DNA from: an uncultured Eubacteriaceae bacterium
Lineage (GTDB): Bacteria; Bacillota; Clostridia; Eubacteriales; UBA1433
Assembly (NCBI GenBank): GCA_964581565.1
Contig: CAZOOZ010000004.1
Location: 5,693 to 69,692 of the forward strand
Reading direction: 5' to 3'
Length of the DNA: 64,000 bases
The position numbers and the translations under genes are program-made. The notes under the pieces were generated by a model. It was not told where the DNA came from. It was given only the letters and a program-made list of their open reading frames with translations, and searched no databases. The first letter of the stretch is position 1. Each line of letters begins with the position of its first letter. Shown piece after piece: positions 49,052-56,779 of this stretch.

Positions 49052-50903
49052 AATAAAAATATTAGATAACACTGTTATTTCAAAAATTGCTGCCGGAGAG
49101 ATTATTTCGCGCCCACTGAATATTGTAAAAGAGTTAATAGAAAATTCCATAGATGCTAAAGCTTCTAATATCATTCTCAATATTGAAAAAAACAAAATTA
49201 TAGTTGAAGATGACGGTATAGGAATAAGCAAAAAATATGTTGAATTGGCCTTTATGCGGCACAGCACCAGCAAAATCAATTCGGAAGATGATTTATCGGG
49301 CATAACATCCTTAGGATTTAGAGGCGAAGCACTATTTGCCATTTCAGTAGTCTCAGAGGTAGACTTATTCACTAAAACAATAGAGGAAGAAACAGGCACT
49401 CATTTTAAAATAAAAGCATCAAAGCCTTTATTAAAAGAAGATATTATAAAAAACACCGGCACAAAAATTATTGTAAGCGATCTGTTTTTTAATTTACCTG
49501 CAAGAAAAAAACACCTTAAAAATTTTGATTATGAGTTAAGGCAGATAACTGCGCTAACAGAACACTTTGCTATTGTTAATTATGATATATCTTTTACTTT
49601 AAAAATCAATGGGAACATCAGGCTGTATACTTCAAAGAATGGCAATTTGCTAAGTGCTGTCTATGAAGTATACGGAAAAGATTTTGCATCAAAGTTAATT
49701 AAATTGAATTATAGTCAAGATCCGTTTAAAGCGGAAGGCTTTTTTTCTGATTTATCAGCTAAAAGCAAAACAGTCAGAATTGTATCTATTAATAAGAGGC
49801 TGGTTTATTCAAAAGTTATTTATTCTGCGATTAAGAGAGCATATGAGGAATTACTTGGAGAAGGGAAAAGAGGAGGCGGAGATTATATATTATTTATTGA
49901 ACTTCCTTTTAATATGGTGGATGTCAATGTGCACCCATCAAAAGACGAGGTGCGATTTGCAAATGAAACATTGATTTTTATGCTTCTGAAAGATGCTGTA
50001 AAAAATGCTCTTTCGTCGATAAAAATAAGTCCTTTGCATAATCTAAGCATAATAGAAGAAAATAATGGCTGTAAATTGGATAAAACTACAGATAAAGATA
50101 GTATACAAACAGAGATACATACATCTAATTATAAACATACCGATACAATTTCTTTTATCAACCTTATCAATGATGATATGTGTCGCACAAACACGCAAAA
50201 AGAGGATGATAGCAATTGCGATTCTTATATAGAAGGCATATTTAGTCATCAAAATAATGACGTGCTAAACCAGAAGGAAGATGTCAAGGAAGATACATAT
50301 CAGGAAAATATTATATCCAAAGATGAACTAAAAGCATTAGTAAATGCGAAAATGGCAGGGCATATCTTTAATCGTTATATCATTATGGAATATAATGATT
50401 ATGTATATTTAATTGATCAACATGCAGCGCATGAACGTATATTATATGAACAGTTTATTGATCACTTTAATAAAAATAGCATAAGACGTCAATTATTGCT
50501 TGTGCCTTTTGAAAAAAATTTGTCTGTGTCAGACGTTTTATTAATAAAAGAGAATGTAAATTTATTATTTCACTTGGGATTTGAATTGGAATTGACAGAA
50601 AACAGCATTAAAATATATACGGTTCCAATTATTGCTTCGAAAATTCAAGACATACAAATATTATTTGATGTTGTAGATTTTATGAAGAACGAATTGGCTG
50701 CGACTTATACGAACAGAAATGATTTGATCATTAAGAAAGCATGTTCGGCGGCGGTGAAATCGGATCGAACTTTAGATAGCTTTGAAGTACAGAGTTTGAT
50801 AAAAGAATTAATAAAGACAAAAACGCCTTTTATCTGTCCGCATGGCAGAGATACGATTATCAAGGTCAAAAAAGGTTTTATTGATAAACTTTTCGGGAGA
50901 TAG
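49044..50903 (+). CDS. mutL: DNA mismatch repair protein MutL
   Basis: GHKL ATPase N-terminus (IKILDNTVISKIAAGEII, ELIENSIDA, DDGIGI, GFRGEAL). The TTG at 49044 after AAGGAG overlaps mutS by 8 nt, and the ORF-track start at 49026 is an alternative. Confidence 0.92.
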   Translation: MNEIKILDNTVISKIAAGEIISRPLNIVKELIENSIDAKASNIILNIEKNKIIVEDDGIGISKKYVELAFMRHSTSKINSEDDLSGITSLGFRGEALFAISVVSEVDLFTKTIEEETGTHFKIKASKPLLKEDIIKNTGTKIIVSDLFFNLPARKKHLKNFDYELRQITALTEHFAIVNYDISFTLKINGNIRLYTSKNGNLLSAVYEVYGKDFASKLIKLNYSQDPFKAEGFFSDLSAKSKTVRIVSINKRLVYSKVIYSAIKRAYEELLGEGKRGGGDYILFIELPFNMVDVNVHPSKDEVRFANETLIFMLLKDAVKNALSSIKISPLHNLSIIEENNGCKLDKTTDKDSIQTEIHTSNYKHTDTISFINLINDDMCRTNTQKEDDSNCDSYIEGIFSHQNNDVLNQKEDVKEDTYQENIISKDELKALVNAKMAGHIFNRYIIMEYNDYVYLIDQHAAHERILYEQFIDHFNKNSIRRQLLLVPFEKNLSVSDVLLIKENVNLLFHLGFELELTENSIKIYTVPIIASKIQDIQILFDVVDFMKNELAATYTNRNDLIIKKACSAAVKSDRTLDSFEVQSLIKELIKTKTPFICPHGRDTIIKVKKGFIDKLFGR

Positions 50904-50904
50904 T

Positions 50905-51837
50905 ATGAAAAAAATAATCATTGTAGGTGGGCCTACCGCTACGGGGAAGACAGCTTTAGGAGTTAACCTTGCCCGGTATTTTAACGGGGAAATCATAAGT
51001 GCGGATTCTATGCAGAACTATAGAGAGATGAATATTGGCACAGCGACCCCAAGTGATGAAGAAATGTGCGGTATTAAACACTACCTTATTAACGAGTGCG
51101 AGCCTGAAGATGAATATAATGTAGCTGTTTTTAAAAAAAAAGCAAATGAAAATATTAATAAAATTACATCAGAAGGAAAAATCCCAATCATAGTAGGGGG
51201 GACAGGTCTATATATTGATGCATTATTATATGATTATCATTTAGGAAGCACATCTCAGAATACCGCGATTAAAGAAGAGCTTGAAAAAAAATTAACTCAA
51301 TATGGCGCGCAATATATGTACGGTTTATTGCAACAGATTGATCCCGAGGAAGCAAAGAGAATTCATAAAAACAATACAAAACGTGTTCTTAGAGCTTTGC
51401 AAATATATTATGTAAACCAAGAAACAAAATCAAAAAATGTACAGCAAAAATTACCTGTATTTAACTATGCATACATAGCCTTGAATTTTGAGCCGAGATT
51501 GATTTTATATGAGAGGATCAATCAAAGGGTAGATGATATGTTTAATCAAGGACTCTTGGATGAAGTGTATAAGTTATATAAAAAAGGATGTACTGAAAAA
51601 AACAATAGTATGCAAGCAATTGCCTATAAAGAATTATTGGCTTATTTTAGAGGTAAAACGGCGCTCGAAGAAACAAAAGAATTGATAAAAAAAAGAACAC
51701 GAAATTATGCAAAAAGACAGCTTACTTGGTTTAGGAATAACAAAGATGTGAAATTTTTTACTGTAAATGAATATTTGTCAAAACAAGAGCTTTATCTGGA
51801 GATTATTCACTATGTCAAGGAGAGACTGAATATATAA
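50905..51837 (+). CDS. miaA: tRNA dimethylallyltransferase
   Basis: P-loop IVGGPTATGKT, SADSMQNYREMNIGTA and GGTGLY blocks. The ATG at 50905 lies just after the mutL stop. Confidence 0.93.
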   Translation: MKKIIIVGGPTATGKTALGVNLARYFNGEIISADSMQNYREMNIGTATPSDEEMCGIKHYLINECEPEDEYNVAVFKKKANENINKITSEGKIPIIVGGTGLYIDALLYDYHLGSTSQNTAIKEELEKKLTQYGAQYMYGLLQQIDPEEAKRIHKNNTKRVLRALQIYYVNQETKSKNVQQKLPVFNYAYIALNFEPRLILYERINQRVDDMFNQGLLDEVYKLYKKGCTEKNNSMQAIAYKELLAYFRGKTALEETKELIKKRTRNYAKRQLTWFRNNKDVKFFTVNEYLSKQELYLEIIHYVKERLNI

Positions 51838-51841
51838 AAAT

Positions 51842-53101
51842 ATGGATATATTTAATGAGTACAATATAACGAAAAAGGTCATAGACTTTGTCGATGAATC
51901 TGAAAATATGCTTTTGGCAAAGTTTAAAGAAGCAGATGATATTTTATTATACAATCAATTAAAAGTATTATCAGCATTTAAAAAAAATCGTGTCTCTGAG
52001 AGACACTTTGCCGAAACCACCGGATATGGGTATAATGATGATGGGCGTGATGTGATTGACCGGGTTTTTTCGGATGTCTTTAAGGCGGAATCTGCCATGG
52101 TGCGTACGCATTTTTTTAATGGCACACATGCGATTGTGACGTGTCTGTTTGGAATTTTACGACCCGGAGATACATTACTGAGTATCACTAATGCGCCCTA
52201 TGCAACTGTGCGGACCGCTATTTCGTCACCGAGTGCGTCCGGAACTCTAAAAGATTTTGGGATTTTTTATAAGCAAGTTGATCTGCTGAAAAATGGGAAA
52301 ATAAATATTATAAAGACCATAGAGTCTATTGATGAGACTACCAAAATGATTTACATGCAACGTTCGACAGGATATGATAACAGAAAAGCGATTGATATTG
52401 ATGAAATAGAGCAAGCTATTCAGGAAATTAGAAAAATAAAAAAAGATATTATAATTTTTATTGATAATTGTTACGGAGAATTTATAGAAAAGAGAGAACC
52501 ATGTGAAGTCGGCGCGGATATTATCGCCGGCAGTCTGATAAAAAATATAGGCGCAGGAATAGCAAAAACCGGTGGATATATAGCCGGGAAAAAATCTTTG
52601 GTAGAGATGTGTGCCCAAAGATTAAATACGCCGGGAATTGGAAGCGAAGCAGGTGCAAACTTAAATCAAAACAGGAATATCTTACAGGGGTTATTCTTAG
52701 CGCCCAAAATAACGAATCAGGCTCTTAGAAACGCAATGTTAATGGGCGAATGTTTTTCCAGAAGTGGTTATCAAACATATCCCGATAATAAAGACAAACG
52801 AAGTGATATTATACAAGCAATATGTTTAAAGAATAAAAATGAGATTGAATTGTTTTGCAAAGCAATTCAGGAAATATCACCGATTGACAGTTATGTCACG
52901 CCCTATGCCTGGAGTATGCCGGGCTACGATAGTGATGTTATTATGGCAGCCGGATGCTTTATACAAGGATCTTCTATTGAAATGAGTGCGGATAGCCCTA
53001 TGAAAGAACCTTATATGGTTTATTTTCAAGGCGGACTAACATATGAGCATGGAAAATGTGCCGTAATGAACGTTTTAAGTAAAATGCAATTAGTGAAATA
53101 A
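51842..53101 (+). CDS. YnbB-like PLP enzyme ('aluminium resistance'/methionine gamma-lyase-like family)
   Basis: 419 aa with the TGYGYNDDGRD block characteristic of this family. Confidence 0.75.
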   Translation: MDIFNEYNITKKVIDFVDESENMLLAKFKEADDILLYNQLKVLSAFKKNRVSERHFAETTGYGYNDDGRDVIDRVFSDVFKAESAMVRTHFFNGTHAIVTCLFGILRPGDTLLSITNAPYATVRTAISSPSASGTLKDFGIFYKQVDLLKNGKINIIKTIESIDETTKMIYMQRSTGYDNRKAIDIDEIEQAIQEIRKIKKDIIIFIDNCYGEFIEKREPCEVGADIIAGSLIKNIGAGIAKTGGYIAGKKSLVEMCAQRLNTPGIGSEAGANLNQNRNILQGLFLAPKITNQALRNAMLMGECFSRSGYQTYPDNKDKRSDIIQAICLKNKNEIELFCKAIQEISPIDSYVTPYAWSMPGYDSDVIMAAGCFIQGSSIEMSADSPMKEPYMVYFQGGLTYEHGKCAVMNVLSKMQLVK

Positions 53102-53120
53102 TTATATAAAAAGCATTTCA

Positions 53121-53151
53121 AATAATCACTATAGTAGGTGATTATTTTTTT
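53121..53151 (+). terminator. intrinsic terminator
   Basis: Stem ataatcac / gtgattat with an 8-nt loop, followed by T8. Confidence 0.7.
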
Positions 53152-53265
53152 TCTCACCAGATAGTGTTGAAAATATATGCGGACGGGTGAATTATATTGT
53201 AAACTATTGAATTTCGTGTATGATGAGGTATGATATAGAAAAATTAAATTTAAATAGGTGAAAAA

Positions 53266-53943
53266 ATGGAAAATATTTTTGTTTTAGGTGATTCTATTTC
53301 AAAAGGTATTTTATTTGATAATGTTAAAGAAAAATATACATTGTATAATGATAGTTTTATAAATAAATTATATAGACTTTATCCTCAGTATGTTCAAAGT
53401 AAGACGAAATTCGGCGCAACCATAAAGCATGCTTATAAATATCTAAACGAAAAAATAAATGTTATACAATCCGATTATATAGTTATGGAGTATGGGGGAA
53501 ATGATTGCGATTTTTATTGGGATGAAATAGCGGATAATCCTGATAAAGTTCATATACCTAAAACGCCTTTAAATGAATATTCTGCTATTATGGAAGAGAT
53601 TATAAGTAAAGTTCTTTCTTGCGGCAAAAAAATTATTTTATTAACTTTGCCGCCGATTGATTCTAAAAAATATTTTAATTTTTTTACACAAAACGATAAA
53701 ATAAAAGGGGAAAAGATTCTTATCTGGCTTAAAAATGTAGATAATATCTCTAGATGGCAAGAAAGTTATAATAATATTATCTGGAAAAATGCAAAGAAAC
53801 ACAATTGTTTAATATTAGATATCAGGACGCCTTTTTTACAAAGTATGAATTGTTCAGAATATCTGTGTAATGATGGTATTCATCCGAATGAGCAAGGACA
53901 TGATTTGATATATAATACAATAAGGAGTACCTTTAATATATAA
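53266..53943 (+). CDS. SGNH/GDSL-family hydrolase
   Basis: Block I VLGDSISKG, block III EYGGND and block V DGIHPN. Confidence 0.7.
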   Translation: MENIFVLGDSISKGILFDNVKEKYTLYNDSFINKLYRLYPQYVQSKTKFGATIKHAYKYLNEKINVIQSDYIVMEYGGNDCDFYWDEIADNPDKVHIPKTPLNEYSAIMEEIISKVLSCGKKIILLTLPPIDSKKYFNFFTQNDKIKGEKILIWLKNVDNISRWQESYNNIIWKNAKKHNCLILDIRTPFLQSMNCSEYLCNDGIHPNEQGHDLIYNTIRSTFNI

Positions 53944-53955
53944 ACAATATAGAAC

Positions 53956-54585
53956 TTATAATTTTCGTATTACACCGCTGACTTTCCCGATTATTTTGAC
54001 ATCTCGCGAAATAATGGGTTCCATATTTGAATTCTCAGGTTGTAATCTAATATAATCTTTTTCTTTATAAAATGTTTTTACAGTTGCTTCCTCGTCATTT
54101 AACATGGCGACAACTATCTGACCGTTGTTTGCATTGTTTGTTTTTTGAACGATAATATAATCCCCGTTAAAAATGCCTGCTTCTATCATGCTGTCACCTT
54201 TTACAGTTAAAATAAAACAATCATTATTTTTAGCAAAAGACAAAGGTAAGGGAAAAACTTCGGTAATATTTTCTATTGCTAAAATCGGTTGACCTGCCGT
54301 AATAGTACCAACGACGGGGATATTGACTATTTCACCGGCAGAAATATCTATAAAATCATCGTCTTGCCGATTTTTAACGATCTCAATTGCTCGGGGTTTG
54401 GTAGGATCTCTTTTGATATATCCTTTATTTTCCAATTTTTCAAGTTGAGAATGTACAGAAGATGTAGACTTTAAGTTGACAGCAGCAGCTATTTCTCGGA
54501 CGGAAGGGGGATAGCCCTTTTGTTTTAGCTCTGTTTTCATAAACTCCAATATTTCCAGCTGTTTTTTTGTTAAATCATCATACAT
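53956..54585 (-). CDS. lexA: LexA repressor
   Basis: 209 aa. Winged-helix N-terminus ([12 protein letters not shown]...GYPPSVREI), an AG cleavage site (TITAGQP) and the S24 peptidase Ser/Lys blocks (VKGDSM ... VVAM). Confidence 0.95.
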   Translation of the reverse strand: MYDDLTKKQLEILEFMKTELKQKGYPPSVREIAAAVNLKSTSSVHSQLEKLENKGYIKRDPTKPRAIEIVKNRQDDDFIDISAGEIVNIPVVGTITAGQPILAIENITEVFPLPLSFAKNNDCFILTVKGDSMIEAGIFNGDYIIVQKTNNANNGQIVVAMLNDEEATVKTFYKEKDYIRLQPENSNMEPIISRDVKIIGKVSGVIRKL

Positions 54586-54605
54586 ATCATATGCACCTCT
54601 TTCAA

Positions 54606-54634
54606 AGTATAATATATGATACTTTGAAAGTCAA
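54606..54634 (-). promoter_or_regulatory. candidate lexA promoter
   Basis: On the minus strand, TTGACT, a 17-nt spacer and TATACT. The -35 element overlaps SOS box 1. Confidence 0.5.
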
Positions 54635-54645
54635 ACATTTGTTCT
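54632..54645. promoter_or_regulatory. LexA (Cheo-type) box 1, imperfect
   Basis: caAACatttGTTCt compared with the Firmicute consensus CGAAC-N4-GTTCG. Confidence 0.55.
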
Positions 54646-54664
54646 GTTTTGCAAAAAAAAACAC

Positions 54665-54692
54665 TTGACATCGAACATGTGTTTGATATAAT
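54665..54692 (+). promoter_or_regulatory. promoter of the yneA-like gene
   Basis: TTGACA (54665-54670), 16-nt spacer, TATAAT (54687-54692). Confidence 0.65.
54672..54685. promoter_or_regulatory. LexA (Cheo-type) box 2
   Basis: CGAACatgtGTTTg, lying between the -35 and -10 of the yneA-like promoter. Confidence 0.65.
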
Positions 54693-54698
54693 AAACAC

Positions 54699-54712
54699 AG
54701 AACATATGTTCT
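54699..54712. promoter_or_regulatory. LexA (Cheo-type) box 3, perfect core
   Basis: aGAACatatGTTCt, a perfect GAAC-N4-GTTC palindrome just downstream of the -10. Confidence 0.8.
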
Positions 54713-54735
54713 TATAAAGAGGGAAGTGATAAAAA

Positions 54736-55056
54736 ATGATGAGGTCAAAATATATAATTGTAAATAAATTTAGATTTTATTTTATAATGTGTGTTTTCGG
54801 TCTGTTTATAATTCTTATAATGAGCATCTTTATTGGAACGCAAACAATATCATCTGAAAGTATTCAAGTCACTACAATTTACACTGTGAAAGATGGTGAT
54901 CGGCTTTGGGATATTGCTGCTTTAGCACGAAGCAATGAAGATATTCGTCAAATTATAAGAACTATAAGATTAAGCAATGATATAGCATCAAACGAATATA
55001 TTTATCCGGGGCAAAAGCTGATCATACCATATCAAATGGACGCAACACAGCTGTAA
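54736..55056 (+). CDS. YneA-like SOS cell-division inhibitor (TM + LysM)
   Basis: 106 aa with one N-terminal TM helix and a C-terminal LysM (YTVKDGDRLWDIA ... IYPGQKLIIP). It is divergent from lexA behind LexA boxes, as in B. subtilis yneA. Confidence 0.7.
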   Translation: MMRSKYIIVNKFRFYFIMCVFGLFIILIMSIFIGTQTISSESIQVTTIYTVKDGDRLWDIAALARSNEDIRQIIRTIRLSNDIASNEYIYPGQKLIIPYQMDATQL

Positions 55057-55069
55057 AACATACTAAATT

Positions 55070-56107
55070 TCAACGTAATTTTATTTGTTTGGCAGCTAGT
55101 TTTCGCATTTCTTCACTGGAAGCCGCATAATATTTTTTAGTTGTATTAACATCTTTATGGCCAAGAACTTCTGCAACCAAATAAATATCACCCGTTTCTC
55201 TGTATAGATTTGTTCCAAAGGTACTTCTTAATTTATGAGGTGAAATATTTTTCAAAGGTACAGATATTTTTATATATTTTTTTAACATTTTTTGAACAGA
55301 GCTTACTTGCATTCGTTTTTTTTGTAAAGATAAAAAGAATGCTTTTTCATGGCCAGGTAACGGTATTATTTTTTTTCTGATATCGCAATATTTTAACAAA
55401 GCATGTCTGACTTCTTCGTTAAAATATAATATTTCATCATTTCCGCCTTTGCGTGTGACTTTAAAACAGTTATTTGAAAAGTCTATATCGTTTATATCGA
55501 GACCTACGCATTCACTTACGCGAATACCTGTTCCTAAAAATAATGTTGTAATCGCTAAATCGCGTTCATGGGTTTTTACATGATATTTTTTTTGAAATTT
55601 AGTCATATTTGAGCCTATTTCGATATTATCAAGTAAATTAGCACTTTCATCTGCTTCCATGCGGATGATTGGTTTTTCTTTTTTATTTGGCATATCAACT
55701 AAAATAGAAGGATTATTTAAAATCATGCCTTTTTTATAAAAATATTTATACATACTTCTGATGCTGCTTAATTTACGCGCTTTTGCAGAATTTGAATTTG
55801 TATAGACGATATCATCTTTTTTATAATACGATAGATACGATAAGTATTTTTCAATGCATATACTGTCTAAGCCGTCGATATCATGCAGCGTAATATCCTT
55901 CAAAGATTGTTTCTCTTTTAAAATAGATTCTGATAGGAGATAAACAAAAAAAACTCTAATATCAATTGCGTATGCAACACGTGTCCGAATAGCTGTAGAA
56001 GAATCTATACCAGTAAAAAAAGTTTTAATAAATTCCGGAAGCTCATCTAATATTTCTTGTAATTTAACATTTAAAGTAGCAGATAAATCTTTAGAATAAG
56101 TATTCAT
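55070..56107 (-). CDS. tyrosine-type site-specific recombinase (Xer-like, XerS-resembling)
   Basis: 345 aa from ATG 56107, after a GGGAG RBS. Catalytic blocks are ERDLAI..GIRVSE (Arg I), VTRKGG, PHKLRSTF (His-x-x-Arg), LGHKD and KKYY (Tyr). The N-terminal core-binding domain has LSSIRSMYKYF. Confidence 0.85.
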   Translation of the reverse strand: MNTYSKDLSATLNVKLQEILDELPEFIKTFFTGIDSSTAIRTRVAYAIDIRVFFVYLLSESILKEKQSLKDITLHDIDGLDSICIEKYLSYLSYYKKDDIVYTNSNSAKARKLSSIRSMYKYFYKKGMILNNPSILVDMPNKKEKPIIRMEADESANLLDNIEIGSNMTKFQKKYHVKTHERDLAITTLFLGTGIRVSECVGLDINDIDFSNNCFKVTRKGGNDEILYFNEEVRHALLKYCDIRKKIIPLPGHEKAFFLSLQKKRMQVSSVQKMLKKYIKISVPLKNISPHKLRSTFGTNLYRETGDIYLVAEVLGHKDVNTTKKYYAASSEEMRKLAAKQIKLR

Positions 56108-56169
56108 AAAAACTCCCAATTTTATTATCATATATACATTTTATAAAAATAATTAATTTTTGTCAATAT

Positions 56170-56200
56170 ATTTTACATAAAACCTGTATTTAGTGGAAAG
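56170..56200. other. dif-like sequence (speculative recombinase target)
   Basis: ATTTTACATAA matches 10 of 11 positions of the reverse complement of the B. subtilis dif XerD arm (AGTTTACATAA, from memory). After a spacer, TTTAGTGGAAAG loosely resembles the other arm (TTCTAGGAAGT). It lies 63 nt upstream of the recombinase start. Confidence 0.2.
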
Positions 56201-56469
56201 TTATTTAAGCTTTTTGTTACATTTTGTTCTTCTTCTCTTTAAAAATTAAAATAGTATCGCTGATATATGATCTATACTGTCTAATTATAAAGTATATATT
56301 TTAAAGCTGACATAAAAATATTTATATTTTTATCAATTATGTTTGGCAATTAACTTACATTATGGATCTGCGCAAAGATTAATTTATTCCCCTGTTGTGT
56401 TAAAATAATAAGTAAGTCATAAGTAATAATGTGAACTAATTCAAAGCATAATTTTATAAATAAAAAATA

Positions 56470-56498
56470 TTGACGAATATACTACTTTCAAGTATAAT
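56470..56498 (+). promoter_or_regulatory. sigma-A type promoter of the tRNA pair
   Basis: TTGACG, 17-nt spacer, TATAAT, ending 12 nt before tRNA-Trp. Confidence 0.65.
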
Positions 56499-56509
56499 AG
56501 AAAAAGTTT

Positions 56510-56585
56510 AGGGGTATAGCTCAGTTGGTAGAGCAGTGGTCTCCAAAACCACGTGCCGAGGGTTCAAGTCCTTCTGCCCCTGCCA
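56510..56585 (+). tRNA. tRNA-Trp (anticodon CCA)
   Basis: 76-nt cloverleaf folded by hand. 7-bp acceptor stem aggggta/tgcccct, anticodon stem gtggt/accac with loop CUCCAAA, T-loop TTCAAGT, and an encoded CCA. Confidence 0.92.
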
Positions 56586-56590
56586 TTTAT

Positions 56591-56667
56591 GCTCCTTTAG
56601 CTCAGTTGGCTAGAGCACCTGACTCTTAATCAGGGTGTCCAGGGTTCGAGTCCCTGAAGGAGTACCA
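56591..56667 (+). tRNA. tRNA-Lys (anticodon CUU)
   Basis: 77 nt. Acceptor stem gctcctt/aaggagt, anticodon stem cctga/tcagg with loop CUCUUAA, T-arm GGGTTCGAGTCCC, and an encoded CCA. Confidence 0.9.
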
Positions 56668-56677
56668 GAAAAAAAGT

Positions 56678-56712
56678 ATCCTCTTAAATATCTTTTTTTA
56701 TGAGGATTTTTT
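56678..56712 (+). terminator. possible terminator after the tRNA pair
   Basis: Short stem atcctc / gaggat with a long (19-nt) loop, followed by tttttatt. This is a weak call. Confidence 0.35.
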
Positions 56713-56740
56713 ATTACTTTTATTTATTTGGAAATTAAAG

Positions 56741-56756
56741 AGAGCCTAACGGCTCT
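56741..56756 (-). terminator. possible terminator after the mtnA-like gene
   Basis: Stem agagcc-taac-ggctct, 24 nt beyond the stop. On the minus strand it is followed by ctttaatttcc. Confidence 0.4.
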
Positions 56757-56779
56757 GTTATTAAAATTAATATTCTATA

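Noticed and set aside
49004-49399. 131-aa minus-strand ORF spanning the mutS/mutL junction
   Set aside because: It is antisense to the GHKL ATPase domain of mutL, with no independent support.
55070-56667. Integrase next to tRNA genes as the edge of an integrated genomic island or prophage
   Set aside because: - The recombinase lies on the 5' side of the tRNA pair and faces away from it, not abutting a tRNA 3' end.
- I could not find by eye a direct repeat of either tRNA 3' end elsewhere in the window.
- The flanking genes are housekeeping or metabolic (the lexA module and the mtnK cluster), with no phage, conjugation or transposition functions.
- I could not search exhaustively, so an island is not fully excluded.
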